64,000 nt of DNA from Oscillospiraceae bacterium (GCA_902778115.1 CACYWG010000003.1:9891-73890); one strand, 5' to 3'; numbered from the stretch's first letter, positions 8,689 to 17,932 are shown. The notes: generated by a model not told the origin, from the letters alone. Translations and numbers: made by a program.

Positions 8689-9495
8689 ATGCCAATCATC
8701 TATGTGGACCGCTACTTTCTCCTCAACCTTCTGATCGACTATCTGCTCTGTCTGCTGTCGGCCAGGGTCTGCGGGCTGGTGCTGCGGCGATGGCGCTATG
8801 CGCTCGCGGCGATGATCGGCGCTGCCTACGCCGTGCTGGTGTTGCTGCCGGACTTCCGCTTTCTCGGGCGCACAGCCGGAAAGTGCGCCGCCGCCGCGCT
8901 GATGGCCGCCGTCGCTTACGGGGGCGAAGCCCGTGCCCTGCGCTGCGGCGCAGTCTTTCTCTGTGTGTCCGCCGCCTTCGGCGGAGCGCTCTGGGCGCTG
9001 TCGCTCGCCGGCGGCTACCCCGTCTTTGACGCGCGGGTGCTGCTGCTCTCCTTCGCGCTCTGCTATGCCGGGCTGGAGCTGCTGTTCCGGGGCAGGGCGA
9101 AGCTGCCGGACCGGCCGCGGGCGGAGATCTGCCTCGCGCTCGGCGGCCGGGAGAGCCGCTTCATGGCGCTCATCGACACCGGCAATTCCCTCAGCGACCC
9201 GGCGACCGGCGCGTCGGTGATGCTCGCCTGTCCGCATGCCCTGGCCCCGCTCTTCCCGGGCCTTGATCTCGGCGCAGACCCCGTGACTCTGGCCGCGCTC
9301 CCCTCCCTCGCGGGGCGCTTCCGCCTGATCCCGTACAGCGCCGTCGGCGGGCGCGGTCTGCTGCCGGTCTTCCGGCCGGAGCGGCTCACCGTCGGCGGCG
9401 AGGAGCGGCGGGATCTGCTGGTGGCCGTCTCGCCCGCCGCGCAGGGCGACGGCTTCGAGGGACTCATCAATTGTGAAACCATGTTTCACAATTGA
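8689..9495 (+). CDS. spoIIGA: Sigma-E processing peptidase SpoIIGA
   Basis: Track ORF trimmed to MPIIYVDRYFLLNLLIDYLL. It has a multi-TM N-terminal half and the aspartic protease motif ALIDTGNSL, and it lies immediately upstream of pro-sigma-E. Confidence 0.88.
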   Translation: MPIIYVDRYFLLNLLIDYLLCLLSARVCGLVLRRWRYALAAMIGAAYAVLVLLPDFRFLGRTAGKCAAAALMAAVAYGGEARALRCGAVFLCVSAAFGGALWALSLAGGYPVFDARVLLLSFALCYAGLELLFRGRAKLPDRPRAEICLALGGRESRFMALIDTGNSLSDPATGASVMLACPHALAPLFPGLDLGADPVTLAALPSLAGRFRLIPYSAVGGRGLLPVFRPERLTVGGEERRDLLVAVSPAAQGDGFEGLINCETMFHN

Positions 9496-9668
9496 AATTC
9501 TCGCGCTGATCGCACTTGCACGCTGCAGCGTGCTTCGTTTGGTCGGCGCGGGGGCTCGCATGGCTCGCCTCATGGTGTTTTTGCCGTGGCAAAGCTACGG
9601 CAAAAACGATTTCACCCGCTTATCCCGGCACTGTTTATGACTCAGATTCTATCGGAAAGGACTCTTCT

Positions 9669-10391
9669 ATGCTCTGCAAACCGCAAATCCTCTTTCTGAA
9701 GGACCACATCCTCCGCATCCTCGGCCTGGAGCCGCCCGCGGTTTTTTACATCGGCGGCAGCACCACCCTGCCGCCGCCCCTGGACCGCGCCGCGGAGGAG
9801 GCCGCCGTCGCCGCGCTGGAAGCCGGCGACGAGAGCGCCCGGCGCACGCTGATCGAGCATAATCTCCGGCTGGTGGTCTATATTGCCCGGCGCTTTGAAA
9901 ACAGCGGCATCAACATCGAGGATCTGATCTCGATCGGCACGATCGGGCTGATCAAGGCGGTCAACACCTTCCAGTCCGGCAAGAACATCAAGCTGGCCAC
10001 CTACGCCTCCCGCTGCATCGAAAACGAGATATTGATGGTGCTGCGCAAAAACAGCAGCCAGCGCAGCGAGCTGTCGATCGACGAGCCGCTCAACACCGAC
10101 TGGGACGGCAACGAGCTGCTGCTGTCCGACATCCTCGGCACCGACGAAGACGAGGTCTCGCGCCCGCTGGAGGACGACGCCGACCGGCAGATGCTGATGG
10201 CGGCCATCGACAGTCTCTCCGAGCGCGAGAAGACGATCATCCTGCTGCGCTTCGGTCTGCCCGGCGGGCGGGAATACACGCAGAAGGAGGTCGCTGACAA
10301 AATGGGCATTTCCCAGAGCTACATCAGCCGCCTCGAAAAGCGCATCATCGAGCGCCTGCGCCGCGAAATGCTGCGGCAGATGCAGATATAA
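9669..10391 (+). CDS. sigE: Sporulation sigma factor sigma-E (pro-sigma-E)
   Basis: Track ORF trimmed to the ATG at 9669. The pro-sequence plus [49 protein letters not shown] and [14 protein letters not shown] are near-identical to the Bacillus SigE motifs as I recall them. Confidence 0.93.
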   Translation: MLCKPQILFLKDHILRILGLEPPAVFYIGGSTTLPPPLDRAAEEAAVAALEAGDESARRTLIEHNLRLVVYIARRFENSGINIEDLISIGTIGLIKAVNTFQSGKNIKLATYASRCIENEILMVLRKNSSQRSELSIDEPLNTDWDGNELLLSDILGTDEDEVSRPLEDDADRQMLMAAIDSLSEREKTIILLRFGLPGGREYTQKEVADKMGISQSYISRLEKRIIERLRREMLRQMQI

Positions 10392-10392
10392 G

Positions 10393-10424
10393 AAAAAACT
10401 CCATTCCGAAGAATGGAGTTTTTT
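10393..10424. terminator. Bidirectional intrinsic terminator between sigE and dctM
   Basis: CTCCATTC-CGAA-GAATGGAG stem-loop with an A-run on the left and a T-run on the right, between convergent genes. Confidence 0.75.
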
Positions 10425-10441
10425 ATGTTTGGGTGTCTCTG

Positions 10442-11770
10442 TTACATGGAGATGGAGTTGTTGATCGGTCCGTAGATCCAATCCGGCACCATGGTGACCA
10501 GGAAGGGCACGAAGGTGATCAGCAGCAGCACAAGGAACAGACACAAGATGAACGGCCAGACCTCTTTGATAAAGTCTCCGATCCGGCACCTGGTGATGCC
10601 GCAGGTGGTGAACATCATCGAACCGAAGGGAGGCGTGATGCCGCCGATCATGATGTTGACGATGCAGACCAGGCCGAAGTGGATGACGTCGACACCGAGG
10701 CTCTGCGCCACAGGCAGCAGCAGCGGGGTGGCGATCATCAGCGCGGCGCCGCCCTCGAGGAACATGCCCATGATCAGCAGGACCACGTTGACCAGCATCA
10801 GGAAGATGTACTTGTTGCTCGTCAGGGTGGTGATGGAGGAGGCCACGATCTTCGGCAGGCCGATGTAGCTCATGTAATAGCCGAAGGTGTTGGCGGAGAC
10901 CATGATCAGCACGACGCTGGAGGTACCGGCGATCGTATCCAGAAGGATGGGGATGAAATGCTTTTTGAGGTTGAGCTTCTTATAGACAAACTTGCCGATC
11001 ACGAAGCAGTAGAGCACCGCAACGGCGCCGCCTTCGGCCGGGGTGAACATGCCGAAGCGGATACCGAGGATGATACCGAAGGGGAAGAACAGACCCCAGA
11101 AGGAAATGAAGGCCTGCTTGAGCACTTCCTTGAGCGGCGGGAACTTGTCGCGGGTCGTGGGGTAATTGCGCTTGTTGGCAATGACGGCCACGGCGATCAT
11201 CATGCTGATGGACATGAGGATGCCGGGCACATAGCCGGCGGCGAAAATACGGCCCAGCGAGGCCTGCGCGATCAGGGAGTAGACGATCAGGTTGACTCCG
11301 GGAGGGATGACGGGCGTGGCAGCGGAGGAGGCAGCGGTGATCGCCGCGGAGAAGGCCTTGGAGTAGCCGCGCTTCTCCATCTCGGGCACCAGCATCTTCG
11401 ACTGCATGGCGCAGTCGGCGTTGGCAGAGCCCGAGCAGCCGCCCATCAGCATGCTCAGCAGCACGTTGACCTGGGCCAGACCGCCCTTCATGTGGCCGGT
11501 GACGCACTCGCAGAAGTCCATCATCTTGTCGGCGATGCCGCCGAAGTTCATGACCGAGCCGGACATGACGAAGAACGGGATGGCCAGCATCGAGAAGCTC
11601 TGCGTGGAGTTCATGACCTTCTGCAGGATCGTCCAGGGCTGGACGCCGTCGTCAATGAACAGGAAGAAGAAGTAGGTCGAGCCGAACAGGGCGTACACGA
11701 TGGGCATGCCCAGGAAGTACAGCACAAAGACCAGGATAATGGGGAGGAGCTTGATAAACGGTAATGCCAT
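10442..11770 (-). CDS. dctM: TRAP transporter large permease subunit
   Basis: 442-aa polytopic membrane protein that follows the dctQ/dctP homologues. Length and hydrophobic pattern are typical of DctM. Confidence 0.85.
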   Translation of the reverse strand: MALPFIKLLPIILVFVLYFLGMPIVYALFGSTYFFFLFIDDGVQPWTILQKVMNSTQSFSMLAIPFFVMSGSVMNFGGIADKMMDFCECVTGHMKGGLAQVNVLLSMLMGGCSGSANADCAMQSKMLVPEMEKRGYSKAFSAAITAASSAATPVIPPGVNLIVYSLIAQASLGRIFAAGYVPGILMSISMMIAVAVIANKRNYPTTRDKFPPLKEVLKQAFISFWGLFFPFGIILGIRFGMFTPAEGGAVAVLYCFVIGKFVYKKLNLKKHFIPILLDTIAGTSSVVLIMVSANTFGYYMSYIGLPKIVASSITTLTSNKYIFLMLVNVVLLIMGMFLEGGAALMIATPLLLPVAQSLGVDVIHFGLVCIVNIMIGGITPPFGSMMFTTCGITRCRIGDFIKEVWPFILCLFLVLLLITFVPFLVTMVPDWIYGPINNSISM

Positions 11771-12357
11771 CAGTAAGCGCCTCCTTCCTCGATCTGATCC
11801 TGCTCTTCCGGCGCTTTGGACTTGATGAGATGCAGTTTGTCACGCAGGAAGAAGAAAATGGAGTAGATAAAGGACAGGCCGAAGCCGAGAGGCACGGCGA
11901 TGCCGGTATACCACTTGGGGATGCGCAGCGTATCGGTCTTGGTCAGCTTGATGGTGCCCCAGGTGAAGGCGCCGTCGGCGATCTTGAACATGATGCCGCG
12001 CTTAAAAATCAAATTGAGGACATACTGGGCGCTGATATAGGTCAGCAGGAACAGTATGGCAATTTCCAGGAGACTGACGATGAACTCGATCACCTTCCGC
12101 GAGCGGCCGTGCACCAGGTTGACCACGATGTCAACGCCCAGGTGGGCATGCTTGCGGTGGGCATAGGCGCTGCCCATGAACACCGTCCAGACGAACAGAG
12201 AGGTAACGACCTCGTCCGTCCAGTTGATGGGGTTGTTCAGGAAGTAGCGGAAAATCACGTTCACGTTGACCAGGATCAGACAGGCCGTCAGCGTCGCTCC
12301 GCAGATGATCGCGTCAAGGTTTCCAAAGATCGATTTTGCGGTAATTTTCTTTTTCAT
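11770..12357 (-). CDS. dctQ: TRAP transporter small permease subunit
   Basis: Track ORF 11770..12423 trimmed to MKKKITAKSIFGNLDAI..., because a stem-loop occupies 12424-12450. It has 4 TM segments, and its stop overlaps the dctM start. Confidence 0.78.
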   Translation of the reverse strand: MKKKITAKSIFGNLDAIICGATLTACLILVNVNVIFRYFLNNPINWTDEVVTSLFVWTVFMGSAYAHRKHAHLGVDIVVNLVHGRSRKVIEFIVSLLEIAILFLLTYISAQYVLNLIFKRGIMFKIADGAFTWGTIKLTKTDTLRIPKWYTGIAVPLGFGLSFIYSIFFFLRDKLHLIKSKAPEEQDQIEEGGAY

Positions 12358-12423
12358 AGGCAAATCCTTAACAGCAGAGTGTGGAAAACGAACCGGGGGA
12401 AAACTGCTCAATAGACCGGACAT

Positions 12424-12450
12424 GGACTGCCCGCGGAAAGCGGGCAGTCC
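12424..12450 (-). promoter_or_regulatory. Intercistronic stem-loop after the TRAP binding-protein gene
   Basis: GGACTGCCCGC-GGAAA-GCGGGCAGTCC, a perfect 11-bp stem with no U-tract. It is a likely mRNA stabiliser or partial terminator that sets the SBP:permease ratio. Confidence 0.5.
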
Positions 12451-12492
12451 AATCCTTGTTGACAGGTATGGGGATTCGCTGCTGCCGGCAGA

Positions 12493-13638
12493 TTACTTGC
12501 TGGCGCGGAAGTCGTTGATCAGGTCGACCAGCTGCTGATGCAGCTCGGGGTTGGCGCCGTACTCTTCGACGATCCAGTCATAGACAGGGGCGCAGGCTTT
12601 GGTGAAGGCGTCGATGTCGACCTCGTTCCAGGTCACGCCGGCTTCGTCCTTCATCTTCTGGATCTGAACAGCCTCGTCCTCAGCGCAGGAGGTCTGCTCC
12701 CAGACGCCGCACTCGAGAGCGCACTCGTCAAGGATGTTTCTCCACTTGAGAGGCATCTCCTGATACACGTCCTCAGCCATGAACAGCCAACGGGTGGCGA
12801 TGAAGTGGTTGGTCAGAGCGACCTTCTTGACCAGCTCGTAGGGAGCGCCGGCACCGGCGAGGGTGGAGGTGGAGCCTTCGAAGCCGTCAACGATACCGGA
12901 GGAGATGGAGCTCAGGCACTCGGTGAAGGACATGGGGACAGGGGTGGCGCCCATGCACTCGATGGTCTTGATGAACAGGGAGGCGGTGGTGGAGCGCAGC
13001 TTCACGCCGTTGAGGTCCTCGGGCTTGGTGATGTCGAGGTTGGTGACGATGGAGCGGTAGCCGAAGGAGTAGTGGGTGTCAAGGATGTGGATGTTCTCTT
13101 CCGCCAGGCGGGCCTTCACGTCGGCAACCAGGTCGGAATCCATGACGTAGTTGTACTCATCGTCGTTGTTGTAGAGCATCGGTCCGACGAGGACGGCGCA
13201 GTCGCCGACCCAGTCAGCAAAGAGGGAGGGCTCTTCCAGGCCGATCCACTTGTCGCCGTTGACGGCGTGGACGACGGAGTCACGGTAGCAGTCCAGCTCA
13301 TTGAGGCCGTGGAAATCGACCTTCACGTGGCCTTCGGTGCGCTCGGTAACCATTTCGGCAAACTTCTCAGCAGCCTTGTAGTTCCACTCTTTGGGGTTGA
13401 AGACGTTGGAGTAGGTCAGCTCGATGTAGTAGGCGTCGGCCTCGGCATCGTCTTCAGCGGTCTCGGCAGGAGCCTCGGCGGGCTGCTCGGCAGGAGCCTC
13501 AGCAGGAGCCTCGGCGGGAGCTTCGGCAGGAGCCTCGGCGGGAGCCTCAGCGGGCTTCTCAGCGGCAGGAGCGCCGCCGCAGGCGGCCAGCGCGAACACC
13601 ATGGTCAGCGCAAGCAGCAGGGCAATGATCTTTTTCAT
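12493..13638 (-). CDS. dctP: TRAP transporter substrate-binding lipoprotein (DctP family)
   Basis: 381 aa. The lipobox signal MKKIIALLLALTMVFALAACGG is followed by a Pro/Ala/Glu repeat linker and then a DctP-like domain. It is the first gene of the dctPQM order. Confidence 0.85.
   Translation of the reverse strand: MKKIIALLLALTMVFALAACGGAPAAEKPAEAPAEAPAEAPAEAPAEAPAEQPAEAPAETAEDDAEADAYYIELTYSNVFNPKEWNYKAAEKFAEMVTERTEGHVKVDFHGLNELDCYRDSVVHAVNGDKWIGLEEPSLFADWVGDCAVLVGPMLYNNDDEYNYVMDSDLVADVKARLAEENIHILDTHYSFGYRSIVTNLDITKPEDLNGVKLRSTTASLFIKTIECMGATPVPMSFTECLSSISSGIVDGFEGSTSTLAGAGAPYELVKKVALTNHFIATRWLFMAEDVYQEMPLKWRNILDECALECGVWEQTSCAEDEAVQIQKMKDEAGVTWNEVDIDAFTKACAPVYDWIVEEYGANPELHQQLVDLINDFRASK
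13461..13563 (-). repeat. In-frame 12-nt tandem repeat encoding a (PAEA)n linker in DctP
   Basis: About 8 units of GGCAGGAGCCTC / GGCGGGAGCCTC on the + strand, translating to EKPAEAPAEAPAEAPAEAPAEAPAEQPAEAPAE. Confidence 0.9.
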
Positions 13639-13794
13639 TTTGCTTTCTCCTTATTTGTATTCGTTTGGTGTCAACAGCTTCCGCCGGCCGGCACGCAGGG
13701 TTTCCTGACTCTCTGTCCTCCGACAAAGAATCAGACAGGGAGCCCTGTCTGTCGGAAAGCGTGAAAAATGTTAACAATCCATTACGGTGTCCTT

Positions 13795-13824
13795 AATTTA
13801 CACCTCTTTCCCCTCCCTTGTCAA
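13795..13824 (-). promoter_or_regulatory. Candidate sigma-A promoter of the TRAP operon
   Basis: Reverse strand TTGACA (13819-13824), an 18-nt spacer, then TAAATT (13795-13800). This would give a ~150-nt leader containing a CCGACA..GACAGGG-CTC-CCTGTC..TGTCGG nested hairpin. Confidence 0.3.
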
Positions 13825-13853
13825 CGCTTCACAGTTTGCCCCTCATGTTTTTA

Positions 13854-13884
13854 GCAATGCGCACAAAAACGCATTGCCTTTTTT
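13854..13884 (+). terminator. Orphan + strand terminator-like hairpin
   Basis: GCAATGCG-N8-CGCATTGC followed by CTTTTTT. There is no + strand gene upstream for several kb, and it lies ~110 nt before the 13998 ORF. Confidence 0.4.
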
Positions 13885-13997
13885 ATCGAAAATAATTATT
13901 TAACGAAGCCTGCTGCGCGCCTCCTTCCCTGCCGTGCCTTGCGTTTTGCGCGGGGCTATGATAAGATACGGGTATCATCCGGCAAAGGAGGCGCGCC

Positions 13998-14582
13998 ATG
14001 GCCAAGCCGAAATTCACCGTCACGATGCAGCACGACGAGGACAGTCTGGTCGCGCTGTCCCATATGCAGTACGATCTCTTCTGCACCCGCAACCGCATCG
14101 CGCGCAATGCCGTGGCCGTCCTGGTGATCGTGATCGCGGTGCTCTACGGCGGCGGCAGCTGGTGGAGCCTGCTGCTGATCGCCTACGGCTGCTATCTGAT
14201 GACCAGCACCTACGCTTCCTCCAACCGCACGGCGCACCGGATCACCGACCAGCTCAAGGCCGCCGGTCTCCCCTTCCCCGCCTCGGAATACAGCTTTGAC
14301 GGCGTCGCCATGCACATCGTCTCACTGCCGGAGCGCGAGGAGAGCGAGCCTCTGCCCTACGGAAAAATGCTCCAGCTCGGCGAGGATTTCAAGGCCTACT
14401 ACATCTTCCGCGACCAGTACGGCGGTTATATGATCCCGAAGGCCGCCCTGGGCGGCCGGGAGGAGGAATTCCGCCGCTTTGTCCAGGAAAAGACCGGCAA
14501 GCTCTTTATCCGGCGCTGGACGCCGCTGCGCCGCCTGAAAAGCTGGCTGAAGCAGCGGGAAAACGAGCCCGAGCATCTGTAA
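13998..14582 (+). CDS. Hypothetical membrane protein (YcxB-like: two TM helices plus a C-terminal soluble domain)
   Basis: 194 aa, with GGAGG upstream of the ATG, a TM pair (AVAVLVIVIAVLYGG / LLLIAYGCYLM) and its own terminator. The YcxB assignment is from general resemblance only. Confidence 0.55.
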   Translation: MAKPKFTVTMQHDEDSLVALSHMQYDLFCTRNRIARNAVAVLVIVIAVLYGGGSWWSLLLIAYGCYLMTSTYASSNRTAHRITDQLKAAGLPFPASEYSFDGVAMHIVSLPEREESEPLPYGKMLQLGEDFKAYYIFRDQYGGYMIPKAALGGREEEFRRFVQEKTGKLFIRRWTPLRRLKSWLKQRENEPEHL

Positions 14583-14587
14583 ACAAC

Positions 14588-14619
14588 AAAAAAACAGCCC
14601 CGATCTCGGGGCTGTTTTT
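14588..14619. terminator. Bidirectional intrinsic terminator
   Basis: AAAAAAACAGCCCCGA-TC-TCGGGGCTGTTTTT between the convergent 13998 ORF and tctA. Confidence 0.8.
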
Positions 14620-14639
14620 CTATATTATTTTTGACAGAC

Positions 14640-16199
14640 TCAGACCAGGTCTTCCTCGGTGAGCTTTTCAATGTCCACGTTGGTATCGGCCACGGCGTCG
14701 GTCTCGGCCTTCTTCTCCATCTTCGCCATGAAGATCGGGGACAGGATGCCGACGACGCACAGGGCGATCAGCACCCAGCAGATCACGGAGGAGAAGAGGA
14801 TCTTGGGGCTGCCGTCGGAAATGATCATCGCGTTTTGCAGGTTCTTTTCTCCGATCGGGCCCAGGATCAGGGCCAATACAATCGCGGCCGTATTCAGATC
14901 CAGCTTTCGCATCAGATAGCCGAGCACGCCGAACACGAGCATGACGATCACGTCCTCGGGCAGGCGGTTGATCGCATAGGAGCCGACGACGCAGAGCACG
15001 GTGACGCAGGGGATCAGGATCGCATCGGACAGACGGGAGATCTGCGCAAAGCCGCGGCAGCCCAGCAGGCCGATGCCCAGCATGAAGAACTGGACCAGCA
15101 CAAAGCCGGCGAAGAAGGTATAGGTCACGATGGCGTTCTCTTCGTTGAAGAGCATGCGGCCGGGCTGCAGGCCCTTCATGATCAGGCCGCCCATCAGGAT
15201 CGCCGTGACGGATTCGCCCGGGATGCCGAGGGTCAGGGTCGGGATCAGGGAGCCGCCGGTGACGGCGTTGTTGGCCGCCTCGGAGCCGGCCACGCCCTCG
15301 ATGGAGCCCTTGCCGAACATTTCCTTATGCTTGGAGAACTGCTTGGAGGTGTTGTAGCCCAGGAAGCAGGCGATGGAGGCGCCGGCGCCGGGCAGGATGC
15401 CGATCAGGTTGCCGATGATCCAGGAACGCAGGATCGTCGGGCGGATCGTCTTGCGCTCCTCGCGGGTCAGGCTCATCTTGTCGGTGACCTTGCTGGCCTG
15501 GGCGCGCTCCTTGATCTTCTTCTCTGCAAGGATGAAGACCTGGCTCATGGAGAACAGACCGATCAGCGCGCAGGTGACGTTGATGCCGTCATAGAAATAG
15601 CTGTTGCCGAAGAGCATGAAGCGCGGGATGCCGGAGCCGGGATCGGAGCCGATGGTGCTCAGCAGCAGGCCCAGCGCGCCGGACATCAGGCCCTTGAGCA
15701 GGCTTTTGCCGGCCACGCCCGCGATGATGGTCAGGCCGAAGATCGACAGCCAGAAGTACTCGGCCGACTGGAACTTCAGCGTCAGCTCCGCCAGCAGCGG
15801 CGCGAAGAAGTACAGGGAGATGCAGCTGAGCAGGCCGCCCCAGAAGGAGGCGTAGCAGGCGGTGAACAGGGCTTTGCCCGCCTGCCCTCGTTTTGTCATC
15901 TCATAGCCTTCGATCGCGGTGGCGGCGGAGGCCGGGGTGCCGGGGGTGTGGATGAGGATGGCGGAGATCGAGCCGCCGAAGATGGCGCCGCAGTAGATGG
16001 CGCCGAGGACGATCAGCGCGGTGTCCTGCTGCATGGTGAAGGTCAGCGGCAGCATCAGAGCCACGCCCATCGCGGCGGAGAGGCCGGGCATGCAGCCGAT
16101 GACGATGCCCAGCGCCACGCCGGCGATCATCATGATCAGGTTGATGGGAGTCAGCGCATGCAGGAAGCCCTGGCCCATGGTAGCTAATGTTTGAAGCAT
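14640..16199 (-). CDS. tctA: Tripartite tricarboxylate transporter permease (TctA family)
   Basis: 519-aa polytopic membrane protein, last gene of a tctC-tctB-tctA order. Confidence 0.85.
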   Translation of the reverse strand: MLQTLATMGQGFLHALTPINLIMMIAGVALGIVIGCMPGLSAAMGVALMLPLTFTMQQDTALIVLGAIYCGAIFGGSISAILIHTPGTPASAATAIEGYEMTKRGQAGKALFTACYASFWGGLLSCISLYFFAPLLAELTLKFQSAEYFWLSIFGLTIIAGVAGKSLLKGLMSGALGLLLSTIGSDPGSGIPRFMLFGNSYFYDGINVTCALIGLFSMSQVFILAEKKIKERAQASKVTDKMSLTREERKTIRPTILRSWIIGNLIGILPGAGASIACFLGYNTSKQFSKHKEMFGKGSIEGVAGSEAANNAVTGGSLIPTLTLGIPGESVTAILMGGLIMKGLQPGRMLFNEENAIVTYTFFAGFVLVQFFMLGIGLLGCRGFAQISRLSDAILIPCVTVLCVVGSYAINRLPEDVIVMLVFGVLGYLMRKLDLNTAAIVLALILGPIGEKNLQNAMIISDGSPKILFSSVICWVLIALCVVGILSPIFMAKMEKKAETDAVADTNVDIEKLTEEDLV

Positions 16200-16214
16200 A
16201 TCGTCAGCCCTCCC

Positions 16215-16655
16215 TTAAAACAGCAGATTGTTCGGAAGCTGTACGTGCAGGAACAGCGTAAATGCGCCGTAGATCAGCAGGAGAAGCGCAACGGTGGTGA
16301 TGGCGATGTACAGGGGCTTGACCTTGAAGAACAGGAGCGTTACCACAAGGAACACCGCCGTGGACACGAAGAAGCCGATGGTGAGCACGGCGGCGACGTA
16401 CAGCACGGTCAGTGCCAAGCAGACGAAGAACTGCTTGGGCTGGAAATCCTTGAAGCTGGACTTTCCGCTTTCGGTCCCGAACTTGACCGCGTTGACGATC
16501 ATCTGGATCAGATACAGGGTCGTCAGGCCGAAAAGGATGATGACGATTACTTTCGGATACATCTGGCTCTCGACGGGGAGCTTCTGGGTCTCTGCGAAAA
16601 ACAGGGCGCAGATCACGTAGAACACCGCCACGATGCCGATATCCGTATATTTCAT
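16215..16655 (-). CDS. tctB: Tripartite tricarboxylate transporter small subunit (TctB family)
   Basis: Track ORF 16215..16697 trimmed to MKYTDIGIVAVFYVI, because a stem-loop covers 16695-16720. It has 4 TM helices and ~146 aa. Confidence 0.7.
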   Translation of the reverse strand: MKYTDIGIVAVFYVICALFFAETQKLPVESQMYPKVIVIILFGLTTLYLIQMIVNAVKFGTESGKSSFKDFQPKQFFVCLALTVLYVAAVLTIGFFVSTAVFLVVTLLFFKVKPLYIAITTVALLLLIYGAFTLFLHVQLPNNLLF

Positions 16656-16694
16656 TTTCAAAAGAAGATTCCTCCCTCTTCCTTTATCATTTGT

Positions 16695-16720
16695 CAAAAG
16701 GGCAGATGCCTGCCCTTTTG
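16695..16720 (-). terminator. Stem-loop / partial terminator after tctC
   Basis: CAAAAGGGCAG-ATGC-CTGCCCTTTTG. On the reverse strand the GGGCAG stem is followed by TTTTG. Confidence 0.5.
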
Positions 16721-16785
16721 ATCAAACGCCATATATCGCCCGTTCCGCGGTGCGGACGCGCGGTTTCGGAATGCCGTGGATGCGA

Positions 16786-17757
16786 TCAGTCGTACCAGAA
16801 GCCGGTGGCCAGGCCTTCGGTGAAGGCCTGCTGCTGCTTGACCAGCTCGGTGGTCGCGGCGGCGTCCTTGTAGTCGGTGGCAAAGGAGGAAGCCTCAGCC
16901 AGATACTCGGGGTCTTCCATGGCTGCCTTGAAGGCCTCTTCATAGAACTTGATGACCTCTTCGCTCACGCCGGCAGGAGCCGCCACGCAGCGGGAGGAGC
17001 CCAGCCAATCCTGATAGAAGCCCAGCTCGGCAAGGGTGGGAACGTCGGGCAGTTCGGGCAGACGGTCGGTGCCGAACACGGCCAGGACCTTCACGGAGTC
17101 AGCCACGGAGCCGATGTCGGGAACCTTGACCACGCAGAAGTCGGCTTCCTTGCCCAGCAGGGAGGTCAGCTCTTCGTTGGTGTTGCCCTTGGGAACGGCC
17201 TTGTAGGTGAAGCCGGCGGAATTGGCAAAGGCCTGGGCGCCGATGTGGTTGGAGGCCTGGGCGCCGTTGGTGGAGGCGATCAGCTCGCCGTCGTGGGCCT
17301 TGCCGTACTCAACCAGCGCGTTCAGGTCGGGGAAGCGGTCGTCGTCAGCACGGACGACAACAATGGAAGTCTCCGTGACGTGGTTGCAGATGGGTGCGAA
17401 GCTGTCGATGGTGTAGGTGCCGAGGCCCTTCACGATGGAGCTGTTGAAGTTCGGCAGGTTGATAAAGCCGATGGTCATGCCGTCGGGCTTGGCGGAAGCC
17501 AGCTTGGACCAGCCCTTGGAGCCGGAGCCGCCGTCCTGGTTGTCGATGATGATGGTCTGGCCGATGTACTTTTCGGCATACTTTGCGAGGATACGGGCGG
17601 TGATGTCGGTGCCGTTGCCGGCCTTGTAGGCAACGATCATGGTGACGGGGCCGTTGGGCTTGAAGGGACCGTCGTTAGCCTTGCTGCCGGCCGCGCCGCA
17701 GGCGCAGAGTGCAAAAACCATGCAGAGCGCCAGGATCAGAGCAATCAGTTTTTTCAT
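16786..17757 (-). CDS. tctC: Tripartite tricarboxylate transporter substrate-binding lipoprotein (TctC/Bug family)
   Basis: 323 aa with the lipobox signal MKKLIALILALCMVFALCACG and a Bug-family-like body. Confidence 0.82.
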   Translation of the reverse strand: MKKLIALILALCMVFALCACGAAGSKANDGPFKPNGPVTMIVAYKAGNGTDITARILAKYAEKYIGQTIIIDNQDGGSGSKGWSKLASAKPDGMTIGFINLPNFNSSIVKGLGTYTIDSFAPICNHVTETSIVVVRADDDRFPDLNALVEYGKAHDGELIASTNGAQASNHIGAQAFANSAGFTYKAVPKGNTNEELTSLLGKEADFCVVKVPDIGSVADSVKVLAVFGTDRLPELPDVPTLAELGFYQDWLGSSRCVAAPAGVSEEVIKFYEEAFKAAMEDPEYLAEASSFATDYKDAAATTELVKQQQAFTEGLATGFWYD

Positions 17758-17932
17758 GTTTCATCCTCCTCAGTAATAGTGGTCATTCGGGTTTGACGGT
17801 AATTTGTGAACAAACCATGAAGACGAGACTATCTTAACAGTCAAGCCGATTTCTGTCAATCACCGGCCCTCTGCCGTTTCCGATTTTTAGCACTTCATCC
17901 AATTTGCCCGCGCAGAATCTGTGCGGAACAGA

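Noticed and set aside
8590-10589. Antisense ORFs 8590..9573 (327 aa) and 9642..10589 (315 aa) opposite spoIIGA and sigE
   Set aside because: The sense-strand products match SpoIIGA and SigE motif for motif. The antisense translations are Arg/Gly/Ala-rich with no features.
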